A stretch of 64,000 nt of DNA, taken from positions 26,647,190 to 26,711,189 of the forward strand of contig NC_085846.1 of the NCBI RefSeq assembly GCF_035594765.1. Direction: 5' to 3'. Made by a program: the position numbers and the translations under genes. The DNA comes from Anolis carolinensis (lineage: Eukaryota). Below are positions 1 through 12,100 of this stretch, piece by piece (the first letter of the stretch is position 1; each line of letters starts with the position of its first letter). The notes below the pieces were generated by a model. The model saw nothing but the letters and a program-made list of their open reading frames with translations, was not told the DNA's origin and did no database searches.

Positions 1-101
1 AGAATTAATGCACTTTGAGGCCACTTTTGTTGGAAATAGCAACCTCCCAAGCCTTTCACTATTTGTTAATGTATGTATTTGCTAACCAGTATTCTTTCTG
101 T

Positions 102-387
102 GAAGCCCCCGGTGGCGCAGTGGGTTAAACAGCTGAGCTGCTGAACTTGAAGGGTGAGCTCCCGCTATTATCCCCAGCTTCTGACAACCTAGCAGTTCGA
201 AAACATACAAATGTGAGTAGATCAATAGGTACCACTCCAGAGGGAAGGTAACGGTGCTCCATGCAGTCATGTTGGCTACATGACCTTGGAGGTGTCTATG
301 GACAACGGCCTAGAAACGGAGATGAGCACCAACCCTCAGAGTCGGACAGCACTAGACTTAATGTCAGGAGGAAACCTTTACCTTTAC
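102..387 (+). mobile_element. Sauria SINE
   Basis: tRNA-like head with A box (GGTGGCGCAGTGG), BovB-like 3' part (GAGTCGGAC...) and (ACCTTT)n tail. Confidence 0.85.
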
Positions 388-1435
388 TCCATGTGTATGT
401 TGACTGACAGTTTGACTGTACCTCTTTGGTATGGGAGGGGCTATAGACATGTGATTGTACTAAGCATGTTCAGACTCAGGACCCAATTTTGTATTCAGTG
501 TCTGCTTTACACCTCAGTGAAGGTGGATGCATGTTTGCATCAGACCTCAGTGGAGGTAGATGTATGTTGCTGTTAGTACTTCAGTAGAGAAGTATGACTT
601 ATGGACTTCAGTGAGTACAACTATACCTAAAGACTATGGACTATTGATTAAGAATGATGCCCTGTGTACTCAACACAGAGAGAGAACTACATCCTATCTA
701 TAACTGAACCTTAAATAAGAAATGTGCCTGTATGGTGATAATACAAGGTGTTGTGTAAACAAGATATGTTATTTTTCAAATAAGACATTGTTTTTTTAAA
801 AATCTCTGAGTGCCATAATTTCCTTTTTAATAAGGTTATAATTGCCATTTATTTCCAAAGGGATATCTGCCCAGAGACTGGGTGTAGTTATTTCCAATAG
901 GTTATGTTCCATAGTTTTAATTGCAATGGCTGAGTGCTATGGAATCCTGGGAGTTGTAGTTTGGTGAGATATTAGCAAAATCTCTGCAAAATCACAGCTC
1001 CAATGATTCCACAGCATTGAGCCATGGCAGTTAGAGTGGTGTCAAGATATGTTAATTCTGCAGTGTAGAATGTTTCCCAAGCTGTGATTGTGACTTCAGA
1101 TCCCATAATCCCTGACCATTGACCAAGGCAGTTGACGCTTCTAGGAGCTGAAGCTGCAAATACCTGGAGAACTAGACTTTGTGAAGCACAGGGGTAAATG
1201 TACCCCACCTCTCATCAAAATGCCTGGCTCCAACCTGCTTGGGAAAAGTTCCATGGGGAGGAGGACAACATCCAGAATTCCTGAACCAGCAAACACACTA
1301 GTCAGGTTGCTTGCGGAACACTGTAATCCAAAAAATGGTAAACTCTTGTTCCCACCAGAGAGCCTGGGGAGGTTTCTTGGGGGGACCAGGCCCCACACTT
1401 GCCCCATCACTAAGGCTAAATCCCACAATAAATAA

Positions 1436-1573
1436 GGCTCTTTCTACATTGCCATATGATCCAGATTATCAAAGCGGATAATCCACGTTATCTCATTTGT
1501 ACTGGATTATATGAGCCTACACTGCAATATAATCCCGTTCAAAGCAGATAATCTGGATTGTATATGGCAATGG
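1436..1573. mobile_element. Palindromic non-autonomous DNA transposon (MITE) fragment
   Basis: Internal palindromes (TCTACATTGCCATAT / AAAGCAGATAAT) shared with other copies in the window. Confidence 0.6.
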
Positions 1574-1615
1574 GACTTTATAAGCACTAATTCCCACCAA
1601 AGATCATAGGAAAGT

Positions 1616-1709
1616 TGGGTTGCTATGAGGGCCTGTATGGCCTAGTTCCAGAAGCATTCTCTTCTGACGTTTCACCCACATCTATAGCAGGCATTCTCAG
1701 AGGTTGTGA
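1616..1709 (-). mobile_element. Penelope-like element pLTR fragment
   Basis: Matches the TGGGTTGCT...CCAGAAGCATTCTC...CAGAGGTTGTG repeat. Hammerhead core mutated (CTGAGAA). Confidence 0.75.
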
Positions 1710-3924
1710 ACATACGAAAGTAACTTGGAAGAACAACTCCTTCAATCATCCCTGTCTGATGACTGGAGGATTCTGGGAACTTTAATCCCAAAAAGTTAAA
1801 CTTCCCAGATCCTGGACTCGTCCTTGTTAAGATGCTTGCACAGAATAACTTCCTACTAGATTATGTTTTAAAGTCATGTAAAGTTTTGTTTTAGACTCAT
1901 CCTCTTTTTTGATAAAAGAAAAGGCTGTGTTTTTGAATGGATTCATTGTGTGCCTATACCAGAAATGTTTAATACTTCCCTGATGCTTTAACAAGCACTT
2001 TCCTGAGCTGGATTAGCTATTAAGCAAAATAAGCCCATGTTTAGGCCATCAAGAAAACAGGAGCACCATCGAAATTTCCCATTGCCAGATTTACCATATG
2101 GTGCCAAACTGCAAATGGTGCAGCTGACCCAGGTTCCACAGAAAGGCGTCCCCACAAGAAAAGTCAGTTAACGGTTTCCAGATATACACAAATAAACATC
2201 TTCAGCTTGGTTTCCTTTCAAAAAATAAAATTTTGATTTAGGTTTATATTTTGAATCAGATATATATGGGGTCAGCTAAATATTTTAAGTGCTGGGGCCT
2301 CTAAATGTCTAGTTCTATGGAACCCTGGGAGTTATAGTTTGGTGAGGCATTAGCAAAACCTCTGCAAAACCACAGCTCCCTGGCATTTTGGCGTTTTGTG
2401 TTTCTCAGATGGTGGCTCTCAGAGGTTGGTTAACATGTCCCGGAAATGACATATAACCTTTCCTATGGGTTAAGTCTAGAGAAATGCCTACCAAAGCAGG
2501 CAAGAAATCTCTTTGGGCCTCACTAGGTTATATGGCGGTTTGATCTTTTGAGACAGCAATGGTCCCCTTTCACCAGAAGCCGGAAGTGCTCCTTAAAGTC
2601 ATTTGAGTCGTTTCCCTTCAGTCTTTTGTTAGGAATATGTATCCCCCACGAGGCACCCACCAGTGGGCACAATCCGACAGGAAGCAGCCCTGTATAAACT
2701 TGATGGAAATGAATGGACAGGGCAAAGGGTCTTCTTTTGGATTTCACAAAAGGAGGGCATCCCCCCGATGGTTTAAATGCTGTCTTTTTATTAGTCCGAG
2801 AGAGGCTGATCTAGAAAAACTCCCTTCACAGTACATAAACCTAGTTTAGCTTCCCCTTGGAGACTTAGGCGTTGTCTTGGACTTCTGGCTGCTTCACCAT
2901 AAATCATTCCCTTTGGTTTCAGTGTAACTTAGTTCCAAGTTCTACAAGTCTCCTTACATTTTCAACTGTACATTCCACTTCCTCCCCATCCTACACACAA
3001 CTTTGAAGCTCCTTCAGTGCCACTGAAATCATAGAGCCATAGAGTTGGAAGGCAGAAAACAAGCCCACCCCTCCTCAATACGACATCCTTTCGAATATTT
3101 AAACATCTGTCCCTTTTCAGCCTTCTCTTCTCCAAATTAAAATAGTTGGACGATTTGACTCAAGGTGCAACGCTGATATGGAATTTACCAGCCATTAAGG
3201 GCAAAGTAACAGTGAATTCCTGCCAGATAAGAATAATAAAGTCCATCCTGTATAAGGCTAAGTGTACAAGTGTACAAGTGTGTGGGTGTGACTGTTTTTT
3301 TAAAAAAAGTAAGGACACAATCTACCTGGACATCCTCCAGTGTTAGACCGCCTTGGAAGGAAGGGGAGAGGGCCAAGTTTTTTATTCTCCTGATTATTGC
3401 AGTAACGGCTGTGAAGGAGAATTCCCGTGGTAAGTTTTGTTCCCTGTGTTTATGCATAAACACTGGGGAGAAAATGGATTTTCCATACCTAGGAAAGGAG
3501 CACGGTGTTGAAATGTCACCTTTTTAAAAGTATTTAGGTGCACCTTTTAACCGTTATGCTTTGCTGGCAGTTTTTAAGGCAAGAACGCTAAGTAGAAAGC
3601 ATCTGTCTTTCTTAAAGTCACTTAATCCAGCACTACTGAAAGAAGTGATGGTCCCTAGATCTGTGCCCTTAGGAGTCATTGGCTGCCGGTATTTTTGAGA
3701 GTTTCCAGAATAGAAACAAACTATTGGAAGCAAAGGGCACCGTCAATAATTATCATTATTTTCTAGCATACTAGAAAATAAGGATAATCGCCAGTGCCCC
3801 GCATCTGATAGCCTGCAAAGAGTGACTTCTATATTCAACTTGAAATATGGAAAGAAGTCGATAGAACTGCATACGTTCCTGCAATTTACTTTCAGTAAGT
3901 ATTCAAAACCCTCACTTTTACCCA

Positions 3925-4125
3925 CAGACCCTATCTGATTTTGGAAGCTAAGCAGGGTCAGCCCTGGATGGTACTTGGATGGGACACCACCAAAAAATGC
4001 TAAGTGCTGTAGGTTATATTTCAGAATAAAGGTATTGGCAAAACCACTTCTAGATTCTTCCTTGCCTAAAAATGCTATGACATTCAGGAGGCTGCCCGTA
4101 AAAAAACACAGGCGATTTGAATGCA
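3925..4125 (+). mobile_element. 5S rRNA-derived SINE
   Basis: GGAAGCTAAGCAGGGTC...GGTACTTGGATGGGA...GTGCTGTAGG matches the 3' half of 5S rRNA, followed by a tail shared with 7040-7395. Confidence 0.75.
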
Positions 4126-4255
4126 CCTACCGATACTCTCCCATCCGCAGATGCTACTGCAGTATTTCCACTCTGTGGGCGAGTTGCACTACACATTAAT
4201 TTTCCTTATGTGAGGTGAGCTAAATGTAAGCTGACTTTCCCATCCGATTCACCAA

Positions 4256-4813
4256 AACTCTTCCTTACACAACTGAATAAAATCCCCCATTATCTACTTT
4301 GAACCGGAATATATGGCAGTGTGGACTCAGATAACCCAGTTCAAAGCAGATATTGTGGGATTTTCTGCCTTGATATTCTAGGCTATATGGCTGTGTGGAA
4401 GGGCCCCAAGTCCTGTTCTGTATAGGCTGGATATCCTTTCAACATCACTCTCTGGTCCCTTCCACAAAGTCATATAACCCAAAATATCAAGGCAGAATAA
4501 CCCACAATATCTGCTGTGACCTGGGTTATCTGAGTCCACACTGCCATATATCCCAGTTGAAAGCAGATAATGTGGGATTTTATTCAGCTGTGTGAAGGCA
4601 CCTCTGAGGACTTTGATGATATTTGTGCGTGAAGACTTTATGGAAAGGATTCAGGGACTCGAACTAAGGGCCCTTCATAGCCCTATATCCCAGAATATCA
4701 AGGCAGAAAACCCTACAATATCTGCTTTGAACTGGGTAATCTGAGTCCACACTCAGATAATGTGGAATTTTCTGCCTTGATGTTTTGGGATATAGGGCTG
4801 TGTGGAAGGGCCC
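4256..4813. mobile_element. Cluster of three palindromic PIF/Harbinger-type MITEs
   Basis: TIRs GGGCCC(C)TTCCACACAGC. The copy at 4668-4813 is flanked by a 3-bp TAA duplication (4665-4667 / 4814-4816). Confidence 0.75.
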
Positions 4814-5257
4814 TAAGAGACACCGAAGCAAGTTCTGTTGAAATAAACAGTAATTAAGTCGAAGAAACTGGGTTCATGACTGAGAAGGTCTAAAGTATCT
4901 AGGAGAACAATTATAGTTTAGAGCTTAACTTGGCGGGTCTGATCTATCAGCCAAACTGCGACCCATCTTTAAACCGAGCCTTAATCCAGGTTTCTGTAAA
5001 ACTAGTAAAATCAGCGATTGAACGTCCTAGATAGCAAGTCTCTCATTTGCATAAGCAGAGACAGGGACACTTTTCTCTTTCAAACAGATTTAAATCCTAA
5101 AGGGGTCAACCTCATCTCAGAAGTTTCGGGTCAGCCCTGCTTCTAAATATTGAGAGAGCAGAAGAAAAAACAAGCAAATGTTCCTCATGTCTGCGGGAGT
5201 TCTTCTGAAACTGAGATCTTACCGCTGGATAAAATAACCTGCGAAAGCCAACAAGAT

Positions 5258-5445
5258 GTGGTGGTTTGATTGTGGGATTAGACCAGGATCCGAATCCCTG
5301 TCCAGCCATGGAAACCCACTGAGTGACCTTGGGAAAGTCACATTATCTCAGCTTCTGAGGAAAGTAAAGGCAACCCCCCACTCAACATCTTTCTTAGAAA
5401 AACCCGAGATAGGATCGTCATAAATCCGAAAGACACACAACAAAG
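5258..5445 (+). mobile_element. MIR/CORE-like SINE
   Basis: B-box-like GGATCCGAATCCC, CORE-like GTGACCTTGGGAAAGTCACAT; a homologous copy lies at 8655-8845. Confidence 0.6.
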
Positions 5446-5869
5446 AAATAACCTGCCTAATGCCTAAAATGACAGGCACGGTTTCCAACATATTTAGGGA
5501 CGGAGTGGGGGGAGAGGGAACCTCTGCCTTTCAATTCCCACTAGCTTTAACCAGGACAAGTCTGAAGTATAATGTGAGTTGCAGTTCAGCATTTTGAGGG
5601 CCACAAGCCAACCAGCTCAACTTTAATTAAAAAAAATTAGGTGAGGGGCTTTAGAACAGGTCACACTTAGGTAGCCTAGAATGTGAGGGTCTGTTGGTTT
5701 GCCTTAAAATTGGTCTGCAGCGCCACTATCTTAGATAATGTGGGATGGATTTCTCTTCCCCTTCGGCTTCATTTATATGTATTGCAAGGACAGACCGGGC
5801 AGAAGGGACTGTGGCTGGATCTAAGTCTACAAATAAAATTTCCTGCCTCCCAACTCTTTAATTATAGCA

Positions 5870-5930
<61 letters not shown>

Positions 5931-5940
5931 TATAATAATA

Positions 5941-6375
5941 TATACTGTGGGACTTCCGAATCCAGACTGACAAAGTTCTGGAACACAACACATCACAGTT
6001 GTAGAAAAGAAAAAGGTTTGGATCATTGATGTCGCCATCCCAGGTGACAGTCGCATTGACGGAAAAACAACAGGAAAAACTCAGCCGCAATCAGGACCTC
6101 AAGATTGAATTTCAAAGACTCTGGCAGAAACCAGTGCAGGTGGTCCCGGTGGTGATGGGCACATTGGGTGCCTTGCCAAAAGATCTCAGCCGGCATTTGG
6201 AAACAATAGACATTGACAAAATCACAATCTGCCAACTGCAAAAGGCCACCCTACTGGGATCTGCACGCATCATCCGAAAATACATCACACAGTCCTAGAC
6301 ACTTGGGAAGTGTTCGACTTGTGATTTTGTGATATGAAATCCAGCATATCTATCTTGTTTGCTGTGTCATAATAA
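5941..6375 (+). mobile_element. 5'-truncated R4/Dong-type LINE inserted in (TAA)n
   Basis: Remnant restriction-like endonuclease domain (ILWDFRIQTD...IIDVAIPGD...RLWQKPVQVVPVVMGTLG...LQKATLLGSARIIRKY*), with (TAA)n arrays on both sides. Confidence 0.85.
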
Positions 6376-6426
<51 letters not shown>

Positions 6427-7039
6427 TGTATTTGTTAACTGCCTCTCCTTATTACCTAACAGGTAAGAGTGAGGCCACAAGAACTGAGCGCTGATTTTAA
6501 GGTATGAAGTTCAGTTCTGCCACTAAAAACAAGTTCCTGGGCATTGCTATACATATTTCAGCATACAAAGCTGCTTCCATAACTCTTAAAAACCATCCTG
6601 TAAAATGAAAGCAGTCCTTCAACCCGTATCTCCTCAAAAAAAGGCAGTTGCTAATTCTGTTGCTGACAGACATGCAAAAAAGTGGCCCGGATTGTCAGAG
6701 GAGGAAAAGAAAAAGAAACCCTTGGTGGTTATATATCAGCATCTCACCTGCTTGTAAGATCCACATTGGCGTCTAGCTGTCCGCTGTGTTGGAGACAGAG
6801 AATTGGTAGGGACACTCTTTTCATGTTCATGAAAGGCAGGCTAGAAAGGCCTTTTTAAAGTGGAGTAAGAAACATACAAAGGGTTTTTTAAAAAAAGTTT
6901 TCTTAACTCTTCCTTCAGATGTGCTCAAAATCAATCTTAAAAAGCAATTTTAACCCAAAACGTCCAATTTTAAGGACATTTGTGGCAGTTACCTTTATAT
7001 ATCACTTAATAACGTCGCTGCCTGTGCGCCTCTTCAAAT

Positions 7040-7395
7040 CACCTGTGAACTTATGTTGACCCCATGAATTTCATAAGGTTTGCTTAGGCAAGGAATATTC
7101 AGAAATGCTGTTGCCAGTTCCTTCCTCTGAAATAAAGCCTACAGCACCCGATATTCATCAACGATCTCCCATAGGAATACTAACCAGTACTGACCCTGTT
7201 TAGCTTTCAAAGGTCCTTCCACACAGTCCTATATCCCAGAATATCAAGACAGAAACGCCCACATTATCTGCTTTGAACTGGAATATATGGCAGTCCGGAC
7301 ACAGATAACCCAGTTCAAAGTAGATATTGTGTGATTTTCTGCCTTGATATTCTGGGATATAGGACTGTGTGGAAGGGCCCCAAGATCAGACAGAT
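7040..7395 (-). mobile_element. 5S-derived SINE interrupted by a Harbinger-type MITE (7211-7380)
   Basis: 5S-like sequence on the minus strand is split by the MITE and resumes at 7381 (AAGATCAGACAGAT). CAA flanks the MITE on both sides. Confidence 0.7.
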
Positions 7396-8171
7396 TTCTT
7401 GCCTTCAAGACGTGTCAAATAATCACGTTATTGGGGCAGAAGGCTTTCCTTCTCAACATGGAACATCTGAAAGCTGGGGCAGATCCAATATAGCTGTTCT
7501 TATGTATTTCACTGAACTCAGTTCTCAATTCAGATTAGTCATGCCTACAATACACCTGTTGGAATCAATGAACAAGTTAGCCCTCCTTTATTTCTTTCCT
7601 ATTTTTCAGAGGGTGTACTGATAACACTTGCATCGAGTTTAAACCCTTGTACCTGAATCTTAATCCCACAGAGTTCTGGAAGGGTGTGATCCTGTAAACA
7701 TGCAAAGGAAAGCGCTTCCCGCCAATTCAATGGAAGTCCGTTTCATTCCAAATGTAAGGTCTTATCTTTCCTTTTAAATATGTTATAGCTTAAGGGATAC
7801 CTGTGCTTAAACAGGGTTTAGTTACAGAGGGAGAAAAATGAGGACATTGTTCCCATAAGAATTGAATTTTACCTTAAGTCCTTCATTTTCTAGCTTTCCA
7901 CTAACCAAGAGTTTAGACGTCCCAAGAAAAGGGATAGGGAAAGCCACCAAGAGAATGTGAACACAGCAAATATGAATTAGTTGGTATCTCTCTGCAGTAT
8001 GAGAAATTTAGTCTCTGGAGGCAAATTTTATTGGAGGGAAGGCAAGATTTTTGTTTGCCTTCCTCTGTAACTGCAGTTCTGTTTAGGTTCCAAAAAGTCG
8101 TGTGAATGAGTGTGTATATATATGTGTGTGTACACACACACACATATACATACAGGTAAGTATGTATAGAA

Positions 8172-8518
8172 AAGTCTAGAAAACCTGCCAAAATGCAGTG
8201 TATATATGCGTTTGGCACACTTGCATTTTTTGGCACAACATAAATGCATTTATTTATAGGACCTTAAAAAAGAAAGGGAAAAACACGGTAAGGTTAGAGG
8301 CCTTGTAGAAGTAACTATTTGTATGTATACATATGCTGATATAGACATACATACATACATGCATACATATAGTTACTTCTACTAGACTTCTAACTTCACT
8401 GTGTTTTTCCTTTCTTTTTTAGGTCTTATAAATAAATGCATTTATGCTGTGCCAAAAAAATCAATGTGAGTGTGCCAAACACATATATATACTGCACTTT
8501 GGCAGCTTTTTTAGACTT
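8172..8518. repeat. Inverted duplication (palindrome), ~160-bp arms
   Basis: 8172-8330 is the diverged reverse complement of 8360-8518. Confidence 0.85.
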
Positions 8519-8654
8519 AAGAGGAAGAGAGCAGCGGGTGTCTGTTGAGAGCAGGAATGAGCAAAAAATGTTTCACAAAATTAACCCAAGTCTGCCTATT
8601 TTAAAGCTATCTGTTGCAATGACATATATATGTCACATAATAAGAAAACCAGTT

Positions 8655-8845
8655 TGTTGTAGTAGTTTGAGCATTGGACTAGGGCTCTGGAGACCAGGGT
8701 TGCAATTCTTTGTCATGGAGTGACTTTAGGTTGGTCGCACTCTCTCAGCTTCAGATGGAGGCAAAGGCAAATCTCCGCTAAGAACCCCGGTGATAAGTTT
8801 GCCTTTGGATCACCATAAGTCGGAAAGGATTTGAAGGCACAGAAT
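8655..8845 (+). mobile_element. MIR/CORE-like SINE
   Basis: Homologous to 5258-5445 (GAGACCAGGGTT...GTGACTTTAGG...CTCTCAGCTTCAG). Confidence 0.55.
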
Positions 8846-8912
8846 AGGAAGAAATTGCTTTATACACCGAAATATAGGGTGCTCCTGATAAATGTAGTCA
8901 GAGTTTGGCTCT

Positions 8913-9174
8913 TTTTTTCGTGTCAGGAACAACCGGAGTTGCTTCTGGAGTGAGAGAATTGGCCGTCTGCAAGGGCATTGCCCAGGGGACGCCCGGATGT
9001 TTTGATGTTTTACCATCCTTGTGGTAGGCTTCTCTCATGTCCCCGCATGGAGCTGGAGCTGATAGAGGGAGCTCATCAGCACTCTCCGGGTGGGATTCGA
9101 ACCTGGCAGCTTTCAGGTCAGCAGCCCAACCTTCAAGTCACGAGGCTTTTATCCCCTAGGCCATCGGAGGCTCC
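8913..9174 (-). mobile_element. tRNA-derived SINE (Anolis SINE2-like), full length with TSD
   Basis: Minus-strand A box and B box (GGTTCGAATCCC), A-tail, and 11-bp TSD AGTTTGGCTCT at 8902-8912 and 9175-9185. Confidence 0.85.
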
Positions 9175-12100
9175 AGTTTGGCTCTGATTACATGTAACTA
9201 TTTTCACGTTTCTTATAGAATGTTGGTTTCCCACATTTCCAAGAAATTTTTTTCCTGATCCTGTTTCTTATCTTAGGTAGAGTCTGGAAAACACGACTCC
9301 ATCCTAATCCCTTTTATTTCAATAGTGGAATCTGGTCCCAAATCAAGACTTCACAAAATGACACCGCTTGGAAAGGAGTTGCAGTAAAACAGGGCAATTT
9401 ACTTGGAACAGGTTTTTGTAAGGGGATCTCAGGGCCATATAAGCAGGCGCACCCGGAAGCGCTGAAAATGAGTGGGATTCATTCCCAAAACTACATGCTT
9501 CATATTGGGGTTATAAATCTATGAATGTGTATTGGCTGCAATTAAGGAGTGACTCCGGAACAGTCCCATTATTAGCTCGGGCAGGGCTTTAGAGAGAACA
9601 GGGTCTGGATTGCCGCATTGATATTTGAATAACAAGAGCAAATCCGCATATAGTCTGTCTGCAAAGCTGAGTAAATAAAACTAGCAAGGAATTGGCACAG
9701 ACAGAACAGGACTTACAGCAACCCAGTGGAACCAGGCCAGTCCGATTTGAGCCATTTGAATTTACTCTCGGATCGTAGCCACATGGACACCAAGGTCTCA
9801 GGCTTCAGGGGCACTTGTTTACAAGTGCCTTCAGCCTTAAAGTGGCGTAAGTAATAATCACTTCATGTAAGACGAGGTTTATAATACGGAGAAAAACTTT
9901 ATGGGCTTTAAGGGAGTGTTGTGGTTACCCAAAGTGGAGCTCAATTATTATTTTAAACTAAGGGGGAATATATTTTGAAAACCACATTGAGAAAGTTTGA
10001 AAGAAACCAAACCTGCTAGCAGAAAGGAGTGAGTAGCGAAGTTGCTGTCCCAAGTTAATGTCTTGCCTCTCTTCCTGCCTGCTCTCTTTCGGACTGTCCC
10101 AAAGAGGAAAATGAGATGGGTCTTACCTGGAGCCGAGTCCTGCCTCCTCTTGGCAAAATGAAAATAACAAAACAAAACAGTGACACTTCCCCGCTGTCAC
10201 CCCTCCATAGGAATACATATACCTCATAGGAAAGACAATGGCTAGCAACTGGGGCAAATCCAGTCTCTGAAATTCCCCCTTCCTCTCCTTCTCCCCCCTC
10301 CCCTCCCTGAACCTCTTCATTTTCTTCCTCCCCGCTCAGTCTTTTCATTCTTTCCCTACAAGGACCATGCTTTTCCCTACCAATGTGGTTCAATGTGAAA
10401 AGAACAGTATTGTATTGCTCCTCTTTCTCAGCATCATTTCCTTTGAAAATCTCCCAGTTTCCTTCCACATATTACAATGAAGAAACCTATGCGTAAATAT
10501 GTCTATTTTCTATCTGTCTACCCATCCTTTGCGGTTACTTAGTCACCACCGAGGAATGCATTTCTCCTTGTCTGAAGGAATAATCTCATTTCCCTCCGAA
10601 TTCTTCGGAATTCCGGGTTTACTCCTACCATGTGGAAATCTAGAGATGAGGGCATTGCCTCCTCCAGTGAGTTTACCTCGAAATTCTTTTTCCTTCACTT
10701 TCCAACTTTCTAGCATTGCAGAGAGGTGAGGCATAGGATATTTATATTTGCTATATTCACATTTCTTTGGGGTCTTTGCCTGCCCTTTTTCCTTAGATGC
10801 CTAGACTATATTTATGATTGCTTATGTGAAGTTTTAAATTACTGCAAAGCTTAAAAAATGAGGAACTAGGGAACTAAAGACACGAATCTTTCTTGTGTAA
10901 TAAACAAAAGCTAGAATTCTGTTATTAGACTTATTGAATGAATAGTTGAATGAAGAGTCAACACGTAGGTAAATCCTACTGATTGAATTCAGGATCAACA
11001 GCATTTAGCTGAAAGGGTTGCTTTGAGTTTCAAGCCTTCGACAATACATTCAGCTCAAAGTTTGGAAACCAAGTCCTAGAGAATGACAGTAGTGTTTTTA
11101 TTTTGACCCATCCTGCATTCACCCAGGGCAGTAACAGGTCTGTTCCTCAAGTCTGTTGGCTTATATATACTCTGTCCTTGGTCATTAATTAAACTTTGCT
11201 TCCAAGTTGCCTTCTTTCACTGTAGAGGCTCATGCCTGCTTGCTGGCATGAGGTCATAGTTGAGTTCCAGGAGGCTTATTCGCAGGTCAGTATTTGATAA
11301 GGTTGAAGTCTTCGGATCCTGGTCCCATATAGCTTTCTCTTAACTTAGAGCTAGTTCGATACTCAAGCTACAGTTTGACCGAACTGGCTGGCCAATAATA
11401 AGTAGTATTATTACTTTCGCCCCTTCCTTGGCATTTTTATCATTCTTGCTGCTGTACAAATAACAAAGCTATTGATCTGGAAATATTGGCCAGCTTTCCC
11501 CAAGTCATTAACTTCTGAAAAAGTCTCACCACTGCTTTGTGCAGAAATTACAATAACTTTGTGGATAGATAAGCGCATTTTTGCTAGATTACCCTTTCTG
11601 AATCTGTGTGTGACAGAGAGGGAAAGAGAAGGGGTATTTTAAACAGGGTGCACTTTAAAGTTCCATTGGACTCATCTACCTGTGAGTAAATGAACTATTT
11701 AGAATTTAAGAACTCTTACTTAGACAAGACATTAAAAGGACCTCGTAATTCATATCCGTTTGAAGATATGTTTACTTTCTTTACTGCATCAGGGGAAGCA
11801 GTTTTCCTTGACCGATGGAATGTTCCATTTCCCCAGGCTTCTGTGGATTTCCTGGTCAGTTGGTTCCAAAGTTTTCTAAAAGTTTACTCCTAGTGTGTGC
11901 ATGGGGGAGAAACAGGAATGTAACCAAAAAAAATCAGGACAATATCCCATCTCCAAATCTCCTACCTAATGGGAATGTCCTCCACTGCCCAGTTTTCCAG
12001 AATAGCAGAGAGAATGGGAATATGAGAACGGTCCATGCCAAGAAGTCTTACATTTTCTTTGTTCACATTCCTTTGGTAACTTTGCCTGTCCCTTTTCTTT

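Noticed and set aside
3925-4015. 5S rRNA gene
   Set aside because: Partial, diverged and fused to a SINE tail; it is a 5S-derived SINE.
5683-6090. Poly-Ile/poly-Tyr ORFs (also 14356-14541 and 53252-53928)
   Set aside because: Microsatellite translations.
9273-9307. Small hairpin starting TTAGGTAG as a possible decayed mir-196
   Set aside because: Only 8 nt match and the stem is ~12 bp, far too short for a pre-miRNA; likely chance.
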